Source: Octopus bimaculoides (taxonomy: Eukaryota). Taken from it: 44,813 nt of DNA. Where the stretch lies: contig NC_068992.1 in assembly GCF_001194135.2 (NCBI RefSeq), positions 43,340,520 to 43,385,332 on the forward strand. The letters are read 5' to 3'. Shown piece after piece: positions 34,401 through 44,813 of the stretch. Positions within the stretch are counted from its first letter, which is position 1; each line of letters starts with the position of its first letter. The notes under the pieces were generated by a model, which saw only the letters and a list, made by a program, of their open reading frames with translations, was not told where the DNA came from and ran no database searches. Made by a program: the position numbers and the translations under genes.

Positions 34401-35525
34401 TGCCCATCTTGTGAGTCCTTTATTTCTTTAATTTGTTGTAACCAAGATTGCTAATGTCATGTTGGAAAAATGCCTTCAATGGATGTTATGTATATTTGGT
34501 GATTCTTTCTCAATAACATGAAACTAAAAAGTATTTCATTGTTAGTTTCTGACAGACTAATCACTTATTTCTTATATCTTACTCATCTTTACCTTCAAAA
34601 TTCCAATCTTATGCCTAAATTAGAAGCAATTATCAGAGAGCGATACATTGACAGAATTGTTTGAGGGTAGAAAGGAATGATATGCAGGATTTTTTCCGGC
34701 TTAATGCATTCTGAGTTCGACTCTCATTAAGATAGACTTTAAGTTTTATTACTTTGGGGCCGATAAAATTACCTCCCCTGAACCAAAATAGAGCACCATT
34801 ATCATTGTTATCAGTATAGTTGGCGCAGTAACCGTCGTCTTCGTCGTTTTGTTTTGGTTTGTTCTTTTGTTTTTTTTTAACTTCTGATCATGACTTATGA
34901 AGCAGAGCATTGATCCAAAGGTGTGATCATCTTGTTCTTGATTCTTCAGTTACAAAACCATCAGAATATTTGGCTATTCTTTCTAGTGCGTCAAAAGGCC
35001 GCGCAGAAATTTTATCGTTGGCTCAACCAGTGGGGCATGCGTTGAAGAAATTTGGCGGATATTTCCATCAAGTATAGCTTCGTTATCTCTGTATACATAC
35101 AAACATACATACATGCATACATACATACATACATAAGGTATTATGGTGTGATTTAAAGTTAATTTTGCAGCTAATTCCTGCAAGTCAGCTGACAACATAT
35201 ACGTCTCCTCGCTGTCGTAAATATATATAAACATATATAATATATTAGGGTGTGGTTTTGAAGAAATTCGGTTGCTATTTCTTGCAGTCAGAGTATGCAA
35301 GTATAATTTTATCCACGTTTTGATTCAACCTGAATTGCAGTTAGATTTTAATCATTGAAAGTATAAGTAAATTGAACATTTTCGACTGAAATCAATGCAT
35401 CGAATGAAATATTTTTCTATTTTCCGACAGTTAACTTCCAAAGCTTGTACCCTTTTGCGGCGGAAGCTTTGCAAATATAAATATATTCTGAAACGCCTGA
35501 CGAGAAATTATCATCCATTTTACCC

Positions 35526-35747
35526 AAAATCAGCTTCGACTCTTTGACTTAATCAAATTCATTTCTCTTTCCTGGTCTTCTTGAATAGATTGCGTAATGT
35601 TTAATTCTTTTCGAAGGGTGCTCGGCAAACCATAAATTTATTCTGAAATCCATAACAAAAAAATCATAGCCCATTTGACTCAAAATTGTCTTCGACTCTC
35701 TAGCATGGTCGAATTCATTTCTTTTTCCTGGTTTTCTTGAATAGATT
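35526..35747. repeat. Diverged direct duplication with 156-bp period
   Basis: 35526-35591 and 35682-35747 share TTCGACTCT...AATTCATTTCT.TTTCCTGGT.TTCTTGAATAGATT. Confidence 0.75.
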
Positions 35748-36354
35748 AAGTATAATTTCTCCTTGTCCAACTCCCACACTACTTCGCAAGGTCATTTACA
35801 CGACAATAAATCTCCTAACACTTCCAATTAATCGTTGTAATTCACTGTTTCAGAAGAATTTAAATATTTTATTTCGCTTAATGTGCACTGACTTAAAGTA
35901 AAGAGAAAACAGCTGTGATATTTATCGTTACATGTGAAGCGTTTTCCAGTGTCTTTTTCCTACCACATCAGCTACTATAAACTAGCAAACACGTAACTCA
36001 GGTCATTAAAATTCTTATAAATATGTTATATACTTGAAAAGTGGCTTATGCTTGAAGACAGATTTGCATTTAAATATCAGCCAGCGAGTCTTGCACCTAG
36101 ATTTGTTCGAAAACTGAAACTATAAAAACAAAATTTAAAATTGTAAAAATATCTCTGCAATACAACTGATTGTTGTATAATAGACTAACTTTCTACACTA
36201 TAAGGTACAACATCTTTTTTATACCTACCTACCTACCTACATACATACATACATACATACATACATACATACATAGAGAAAGATAGAGAGAGAAGTTGGT
36301 GATACAAACAGGAAGATAGAACTCGAACATGAGTGTATATATTTATTTATTTAC

Positions 36355-36402
<48 letters not shown>

Positions 36403-36409
36403 ATTTATG

Positions 36410-36477
<68 letters not shown>

Positions 36478-36556
36478 AAGATACATACATACATGCATAC
36501 ATACATATGCATATATATGTATGCATGTATGCATATATGTGTATATATGTATATAT

Positions 36557-36603
<47 letters not shown>

Positions 36604-36646
36604 CATGTATATATATGCCAACACCTCAACATGCATATACAGAGGA

Positions 36647-37048
36647 AATGAGATAAAAATCCAAGGCTGTGAAAGATTTCAGAACATTTATAAATAAGTC
36701 TTACAGCTGTTTCCTGGATATTTTATATATCCTTTCATCGGTGACGGTGTGAGAAAATGGTTAAGCAATAGTTATTCTAGGTAAGATATGAAATAAAAAG
36801 TGAAGTTGAGGAATGAAAACAGACGTGAGATATGCAGGGATATTTTATCTGTATTTCCATTATTTAGGCAGAATGGTATACATATAAGATTTCTTCACAT
36901 TGTGAGTAAGTTCCAATAGTATTTAAAATTGGTCATTCGAAGCATAGAGTTTATAAACGGTGTTATTGAATCGAGTTTTTTTGTTTTTTTTTTAATCCTG
37001 TTTATAAATGTTCTGAAATCTTTCACAGCCTTGGATTTTTATCTCATT
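36647..37048. mobile_element. Perfect 48-bp inverted repeat enclosing a hammerhead-like motif; probable Penelope-like remnant
   Basis: 36647-36694 is the exact reverse complement of 37001-37048. The Penelope assignment is inferred only from the ribozyme motif; no RT or GIY-YIG coding sequence is seen. Confidence 0.55.
36698..36745 (-). ncRNA. Minimal type I hammerhead ribozyme-like motif (degenerate core)
   Basis: Reverse complement GUCA-CCGAUGA-AA-GGAUAU-AUAAA-AUAUCC-AG-GAAA-C-AGCU-G-UA-AGAC: stem II of 6 bp, palindromic stem III, GUA cleavage triplet; core CUGAUGA mutated to CCGAUGA. Confidence 0.55.
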
Positions 37049-37559
37049 CTGTTAATTTTTTTTATATATACACATGCTGATATATGACCTACGTTGGACT
37101 CCTCATTCACATAATTACCGAACTTGGAGCTGTCCATAGCACTTATTCATTATTACCTGACACCTTTGGGTCTTATTGACACCATTACCTCTCATAACCT
37201 CTATTTCATGTTAAATGTTCTTACGTATGTCTCGCCGTTGTAGTTAATTAGAACCCTGCATTAGATGTTCTAAGTGCCTATAGAAGCGTAACACCTATGG
37301 ATCATGAATGTTGATATATATTTCAACATTAACCTCTTACAAATACGAGTCCATGTTAGGCCATTAGCCACCCATATGAAGGAAACTTCCATGTGTCCTA
37401 TCCAAACGACAGTACGGTATACTGTATCAAGGCATCTCCGCATTACCTACCTATACTCTTATTGTTGATGTTATTTGCCGTTAATTTCGTCTCTCGAGAA
37501 ACATTGAGAATCTTCGATATTTCGCATTTAGCCCTATGCTATACAAAGAATATTTACTG

Positions 37560-37863
37560 TGGTTTTGTGTATGTGTGTGTGTGTGTGAGTGTGTGCGCAC
37601 GCTCGTCTTTGTATGTGAGTGTGTGTGCATGTTTGTGTGCGCGTGTGAGTGTGATTGTGTGTGTGGTATGTGTGGTGTGTGTGTGCGTCGCGAACGTGTG
37701 TCTGTGCGTGCGAGTGTGTGTGTGCGTATGAGTGTCTGTATGCGTATATGCATGTGTGTGTATGCGTGTGAGTGTGTGTGCGCGCGCATGTTTGTGTGCG
37801 CGTGTCAGTATTTGTGTGCTTGTGTCTGTGTGTATGTGTGAGTGTGGGCGCGCCCACGTCTTT

Positions 37864-37908
<45 letters not shown>
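37560..37908. repeat. Degenerate (GT)-rich low-complexity tract
   Basis: Directly visible. Confidence 0.9.
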
Positions 37909-37909
<1 letters not shown>

Positions 37910-38125
37910 ATCTTTGTTTGTGGCTGTCTCCACCGACCGCATAGTAACTGTTGTAGGTTTGTTTACGCCCTCTTAGTCTAGCGGTTCGGCAAAAAGAACA
38001 AACGCTAGAATAAATAGCAAGCTCCTCAAAACATAATTACTGGTTTCGATATTTTCGACAAAGGACTTTTACATGAGGCGTCCTATCATGGCTGCAGCCC
38101 ATTGACTGGAACACGCAAACGGTAA
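37910..38125 (+). mobile_element. Degenerate SINE S2 3' portion
   Basis: CTAGCGGTTCGGCAAAAAG...AGAATAAATAG...TTCGAC...ATGGCTGCAGCCCATTGACTGGAAC. Confidence 0.55.
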
Positions 38126-38791
38126 GAAACAACATCTAAAACATTGAAATTTTCTGATAAATAGTAATTATAAAAAATTTCCTTTCAACTGATTTTTAAA
38201 CCAAATATCCAAATAAATACCAACATATTTTCCAGACGCTTATTCAAAATTATTTGGCTTCAGATTTCACGAATATTCTTCACACAGAAAAATTCGGGAG
38301 GCTCAGAAATGACTTCCACTTTGAACCAAACTACGACGTTGCTTGCTGGGAATAGTTGAATAGTTGACGAATGGTAATCCCGCTGTTTGGCAGCATCTTT
38401 GATATTCTGGCTTTAAACTGTAGACATCAAAGTTAAAAACGCCTTTATCAATTGTAGCTATATCCATTCTATGCTGATCCGTTTTGTCACAAGATAGAAA
38501 TGGTTATTAATATTGCAAGACATTCAACATGTGCAACATTGGAGTAAATTAGATGAAATGATATTTCGTACACTTTTATGAGTACGATTTTACATTGATA
38601 TATTTACAGGTATATACGTGTGCGCGTTATTACATATGTGTGCGCGTTGATACATACATGTGCGCGTTGATACATACGTGTGTGTGTTTCTGTGAATATA
38701 TAGACATTTATGTATGCACATACATATATATATGAATAGATATACATACGTACATATATATATATATGTATAGATAGATAGATAGATAAAT

Positions 38792-38842
<51 letters not shown>

Positions 38843-39003
38843 GACACACACACACNNNNNNNNNNNNNNNNNNNNNNNNNNNNNNNNNNNNNNNNNNNNN
38901 NNNNNNNNNNNNNNNNNNNNNNNNNNNNNNNNNNNNNNNNNNNNNNNNNNNNNNNNNNNNNNNNNNNNNNNNNNNNNNNNNNNNNNNNNNNNNNNNNNNN
39001 NNN

Positions 39004-39066
39004 CACACTCACGCAAACACACACACTCACGCAAACACACACACTCACGCAAACACACACACTCAC
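39004..39066. repeat. 18-bp minisatellite (CACACTCACGCAAACACA)n
   Basis: About 3.5 visible copies next to an N gap. Confidence 0.85.
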
Positions 39067-39175
39067 ACATATGAAGACGCATGTAAAGTGACTTTTAGAA
39101 TAATACGCCATGCTCTTGTTGAGATTTGTCCACTAGAAAGATAGTTTTATCGAAAATTGTATTACATATTTTAAC

Positions 39176-39224
<49 letters not shown>

Positions 39225-39994
39225 TCAACACCAACAACCATAAAACAATAACACGAACAGGAATAACATGAAGAAAAAGAGAGGTGGAGAAAGAACATGG
39301 TAATGGCGAAGGCGATGAGGAAATTGGAAGAAAAGACATATGAGGAGGAGGAGGAGGAGGAGGAGGAGGACAATGATTATTATTATTACGAGGGTAAGGA
39401 GGGAGAGGAGAAAGTCCTTTAGAATGGAATACTTCAGCAAAGAACAATAAAGCATATTTGGCAAGGAGAACAGAAAAAGACAACTAAATGCATTGATGCA
39501 AGATGTGGAAGTTATTAATCAATAACATAAAATGTTGAAGAATACGGAATATAATGAAGTAGGAAATGTTGACATCAAATATGTGATGTTCTCAGATGCC
39601 ATACTTAAAAACTGTAAGTGCATATACACCGATTTATATATATATATATATATATATGCGAGTTTTTGCAGAGTTACAAATCCTCTCTAATTAAGACGAA
39701 TGAAAATGCAATATGAAAGTAATTCATATGCGGAGAACATCTGAAAAGAATACCTAGCTGTGTGTGTGTATACGCGTATGTGTATGTGTGTGTGTATGTG
39801 TGTGTGTATATATGTGCGTGTTTGTTTGTGTGTGTGTGTATTGCATATATATATATTAAGAAAACGGAGGACGTCTGAAACATCCCCACGTATGGACGAA
39901 AGAGCTGAATAAAGAATTATCCAAAATTATGACTTCCTCCTTTTTCTCAATATACAAAATCTGTACATCAATTGTAACAACCTACACATGTATA

Positions 39995-40030
<36 letters not shown>

Positions 40031-40514
40031 NNNNNNNNNNNNNNNNNNNNNNNNNNNNNNNNNNNNNNNNNNNNNNNNNNNNNNNNNNNNNNNNNNNNNN
40101 NNNNNNNNNNNNNNNNNNNNNNNNNNNNNNNNNNNNNNNNNNNNNNNNNNNNNNNNNNNNNNNNNNNNNNNNNNNNNNNNNNNNNNNNNNNNNNNNNNNN
40201 NNNNNNNNNNNNNNNNNNNNNNNNNNNNNNNNNNNNNNNNNNNNNNNNNNNNNNNNNNNNNNNNNNNNNNNNNNNNNNNNNNNNNNNNNNNNNNNNNNNN
40301 NNNNNNNNNNNNNNNNNNNNNNNNNNNNNNNNNNNNNNNNNNNNNNNNNNNNNNNNNNNNNNNNNNNNNNNNNNNNNNNNNNNNNNNNNNNNNNNNNNNN
40401 NNNNNNNNNNNNNNNNNNNNNNNNNNNNNNNNNNNNNNNNNNNNNNNNNNNNNNNNNNNNNNNNNNNNNNNNNNNNNNNNNNNNNNNNNNNNNNNNNNNN
40501 NNNNNNNNNNNNNN

Positions 40515-40840
40515 TTTCTACTCTAGGCACAAGGCCTAAAACTTTTGGGAATGGAGCCAGTCGAATAGATACACTCCAGTAAGCAACTAGTATTTAATTT
40601 AACGACCCCGTAAGGATGAAAGGCAAAGTCGACCTCGGCGGAATTTGAACTCAGAATGTAACATCAGACGAAATACCGCTAAGCATTTCGCCCGGCTTGC
40701 TAACGTTTCTTATTTCTTTATTACCCACAAGGGGCTAAACATAGAGGGGACAAACAAGGACAGGCAAAGGGATTAAGTCGATTACATCGATCCGCTAAGC
40801 ATTTCGACCGGCACGCTAACGTTTCTGCCAGCTCACCGCC
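40515..40840 (-). mobile_element. Composite SINE S1: internally deleted B-tailed unit plus A-tailed unit
   Basis: AGAAACGTTAGC duplicated at 40815-40826 and 40699-40710. The B unit jumps from GCTTAGCGG directly to ATCGATGTAATCGAC at ~40791, losing the B box. Confidence 0.9.
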
Positions 40841-42748
40841 TGAAAGCATGTATATGTGTGAATATGCAAACACCTATCGCAAGGAATCGTTTGCGTAGCT
40901 CATAGAAAGACTTGCGCACTTTGTTCCGAATCTATGCCTTTTGCGTTCAAATCCTGTCAAGATCAGCGCTAATATTTAACTTTTCAGTGTCCAAAAATAA
41001 AACTGAATCCTCAACGGTGGATTAGGGGAACTGTGGAAGACCGGGCGGTATACCTTAGTGTATTCACTGCGGACCTGCTTGATCTGGCTTCTCAGTAAGC
41101 AAACATTCCCTTGGATAACATTAGTAGTAACTTGTAGGAATAGCAAATTGTCGATATTGCATTGAACGCTCTTTCTTAAGCTCTGTATATGTGTATATTT
41201 ATTAAAATTTTACAAGAAGAGGTGTGCGAGTGACTTTGAAATTTCAGCCTGCTGATTGTATATATAGTTTACTGTTCTCTTAAGTTCAGATCAACAAAAA
41301 TGTACTCCACCCTGTGAAAGATAAATACCATTTAATGTACACCGCATTAAAATTATAGCTACTAAGATAAGAGCTCATAAATGTTCAAGTACCAGTGTCC
41401 TATTTTCCAAATACAACAAATTATGTACCCAGATAGCTTGGTGACACAAGGCATATTATTAAAATATTCCTAATCACGTGGTCTTAATGGCAAAAAGCTT
41501 TTAGTTTGATACAATGTACATTAAATGATATATATATAAGCCTTATTTGACCGGAGTAGAATAATCTCAAAATGCGTTCTGAGTTCTCTTCTGCATTCGA
41601 GTAAAAAAGGAAAATTATATTAATCATTGCTTAACATTGATTTTGTTTTAGTTATTATTTACTGTTATAACCAATCAAATTCTTTATAATGAATTTTAAC
41701 AATAGTAAATATCACATAGAAAATTGCATCCAAAATTAGCAAAACGTACACGGTTTTTAAAAAATAATAATAGTATACCATAACATTAAATGGCCACTCT
41801 TAGATAAGATGACAAGTTATATGCAATTTAATGCTTTCTATATGTTAGCTTTATTTATAACCAGGAAAATTATTAATCTTGAAACATCAAAACAAAATAT
41901 TATGGAACTAATCACATCGTGCTCCCATGAACGTAATTACCTCCATAAAAACCTTAATAACATAGAAATACGAATAACATGAAATTAGGATCGAAAACAA
42001 TTTTCCATTTTATTTTTAGTTTCATTCATTATTTTCTAGTCATATAAATAGCAGTTTCAATATTGTAAGTAATAGTGTTAGGATGACCTCATTTCTTTAA
42101 TATTGAACTAACAAGGACCTACATATAAAACATAATCACATCCCTATCCAAACTGAAGGTCTGAAATCCCAGTTGAACTCAAATTATATCGTGTATTTCA
42201 TGGCTAATCAGCTTTAAAGTCACTCTTGAATAAATAAGCTCCAAGAATTAGCTCACAAACCTTGATGACATCTAAATGGATACAGCAAATATATATCAAA
42301 AACGGTGCAATCACACACACAAATATACATTGGGGAATATATTTAACTGTTCAAATAAACATGCAAAGGTTTCAGAAGAAGGCGCATATGCAGTAATCAA
42401 AATGATTTATAGATACAAACACAAAAACATATTCATAATTACATTTGATCAAGCACGGAGAACTGAAAACATGCATAATAGTCAATAAGAATATGGCGTG
42501 AAACGTTTCAGGGCAAAGGAATGTTATTATTTTTATTCACATTTAATACAAAGATTAAAAGGACGAAAATAAATGCATAATCAAATAGTATCTAATTTAA
42601 CAAAATCCTGATGGAAATATTACTCATAAGCAACAACAATTTTCCAACAAAATCACACTCACACGGACACTCACNNNNNNNNNNNNNNNNNNNNNNNNNN
42701 NNNNNNNNNNNNNNNNNNNNNNNNNNNNNNNNNNNNNNNNNNNNNNNN

Positions 42749-42792
<44 letters not shown>

Positions 42793-42971
42793 ATGCATAC
42801 ATACATACACACATACACATACACATATCCTTAGACAAATAAGGACAGAGAGAGAGATGTATAAATATATATATACATACATATATCTATACGTATATAT
42901 GTATACATATACACATATACATATATATACATACATATACATATATGTGTGCGTGTGTGGGTGTATGTATG

Positions 42972-43420
42972 TCATTATTCATTATTCAGAATTCTTGGAA
43001 AAAGAGAAAGAACTGGTTTCTAACCTACATTCAAGGTCCCTTGATTGGAATTTCAACATCAACAACAGGGTATTTTGTTTGTATGTATATATATTTTATG
43101 TATGTATTCTCATGCATTTAGTTGCATATCTAGACATGCCCATATATATTTAACTGATACTTCTAGAAAGTTTTACAGATTTTTACAGTTCCAGAGATGG
43201 ATTGGACCTGTAGTATTCGAATTAGCTTTCTCAAGATTGATATTTAGGCGGTGTGTTACATATCCCAGAGCGCCAATAATAACAGGTATAAACCTGAATT
43301 TGTAATCTGGGTAGAGTAACTGCAGATTTCTCAATAGTCCAGCATAGGTGTTCTCTTTACACAACTGTGCAGAGTCTCTCTTCTCTATCCCAAATCATTA
43401 TATCAGGTTTGCCGTGCATG
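42972..43420 (-). mobile_element. RLE-type non-LTR retrotransposon 3' end (fourth family), internally deleted
   Basis: KPDIMIWDREERLCTVV / KENTYAGLLRNLQLLYPDYKFRFIPVIIGALGYVTHRLNINLEK / LIRILQVQSISGTVKICKTF*, then a 3' UTR ending TGAATAATGAATAATGA. Confidence 0.8.
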
Positions 43421-44479
43421 TATGCATGTATACATGTATATATATATATATATNNNNNNNNNNNNNNNNNNNNNNNNNNNNNNNNNNNNNNNNNNNNNNN
43501 NNNNNNNNNNNNNNNNNNNNNNNNNNNNNNNNNNNNNNNNNNNNNNNNNNNNNNNNNNNNNNNNNNNNNNNNNNNNNNNNNNNNNNNNNNNNNNNNNNNN
43601 NNNNNNNNNNNNNNNNNNNNNNNNNNNNNNNNNNNNNNNNNNNNNNNNNNNNNNNNNNNNNNNNNNNNNNNNNNNNNNNNNNNNNNNNNNNNNNNNNNNN
43701 NNNNNNNNNNNNNNNNNNNNNNNNNNNNNNNNNNNNNNNNNNNNNNNNNNNNNNNNNNNNNNNNNNNNNNNNNNNNNNNNNNNNNNNNNNNNNNNNNNNN
43801 NNNNNNNNNNNNNNNNNNNNNNNNNNNNNNNNNNNNNNNNNNNNNNNNNNNNNNNNNNNNNNNNNNNNNNNNNNNNNNNNNNNNNNNNNNNNNNNNNNNN
43901 NNNNNNNNNNNNNNNNNNNNNNNNNNNNNNNNNNNNNNNNNNNNNNNNNNNNNNNNNNNNNNNNNNNNNNNNNNNNNNNNNNNNNNNNNNNNNNNNNNNN
44001 NNNNNNNNNNNNNNNNNNNNNNNNNNNNNNNNNNNNNNNNNNNNNNNNNNNNNNNNNNNNNNNNNNNNNNNNNNNNNNNNNNNNNNNNNNNNNNNNNNNN
44101 NNNNNNNNNNNNNNNNNNNNNNNNNNNNNNNNNNNNNNNNNNNNNNNNNNNNNNNNNNNNNNNNNNNNNNNNNNNNNNNNNNNNNNNNNNNNNNNNNNNN
44201 NNNNNNNNNNNNNNNNNNNNNNNNNNNNNNNNNNNNNNNNNNNNNNNNNNNNNNNNNNNNNNNNNNNNNNNNNNNNNNNNNNNNNNNNNNNNNNNNNNNN
44301 NNNNNNNNNNNNNNNNNNNNNNNNNNNNNNNNNNNNNNNNNNNNNNNNNNNNNNNNNNNNNNNNNNNNNNNNNNNNNNNNNNNNNNNNNNNNNNNNNNNN
44401 NNNNNNNNNNNNNNNNNNNNNNNNNNNNNNNNNNNNNTATATACATCACCTGACTGACCGGACTATCTAATGTTTTATA

Positions 44480-44700
44480 TGTCGCAGATCACAGTGCGGT
44501 TCCAATCATTTTCGCTTTTGAATGATGCCACCAAGCAGGCTGGTTAGGCGAAAAGGCTAACGTTGCCCTTGATTGGAAGGCTAGTCTATTCGCAGATTTA
44601 ACGATATATAGCTGAAGGGCACAACTTGCCATCTTGTCGGAAGATCGACCCTGGAAGTAATGATCGTGGGTGCAACACCCTAACCAGAAGTCCATGCGCC
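44480..44700 (-). mobile_element. SINE S3
   Basis: Reverse complement begins GGCGCATGGACTTCTGGTTAGGGTGTTGCACCCACGATC, matching the head at 17331. Confidence 0.6.
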
Positions 44701-44772
44701 TTCACATATATACATGCATATGTATGCATTTATGTATGTATGTAAGTATGTATCTATATGCTTATGTGTGTG

Positions 44773-44813
<41 letters not shown>

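Noticed and set aside
37393-37981. Cys/Val- or His/Thr-rich ORFs
   Set aside because: Translations of (GT)n/(CA)n tracts.
43348-44470. Long ORFs crossing N gaps (also 2130-2857, 14596-15699, 17520-18324, 26808-28304, 38590-39111, 39929-40582)
   Set aside because: Length comes from X codons and TA/CA/GA microsatellites; only the RLE part of 14596-15699 is real coding relic.

Overview
AT-rich, microsatellite-saturated, gapped eukaryotic draft-genome interval. The repeat families (tRNA-derived SINEs, R4/Dong-like LINEs, mariners, hammerhead motifs, very dense TA/CA/TAA tracts) look like a cephalopod (Octopus-type) genome; this is inference, not a database result. No host protein-coding exon can be supported, and all long ORFs in the track are microsatellite or N-gap artefacts. 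Main content: (1) a ~4.9 kb head-to-tail, all-minus-strand array (19460-24306) of six retroelement copies separated by (TAA)n tracts. It holds three different R4/Dong-like RLE LINE pieces and three copies of a ~550-bp non-coding element, and sits in the (ATT)n tail of a SINE. (2) Three tRNA-derived SINE families (working names S1, S2, S3). One S1 variant with a distinct 3' tail ('S1-B') occurs three times, always inside the tRNA-like head of another SINE after AGAA, flanked by 12-bp direct repeats. (3) Two hammerhead-ribozyme-like motifs (11054-11143 plus; 36698-36745 minus, inside a perfect 48-bp inverted repeat), suggestive of Penelope-like remnants. (4) A full-length dead Hsmar1-like mariner, a truncated second mariner with a one-ended nested fragment, and further RLE LINE 3' ends.
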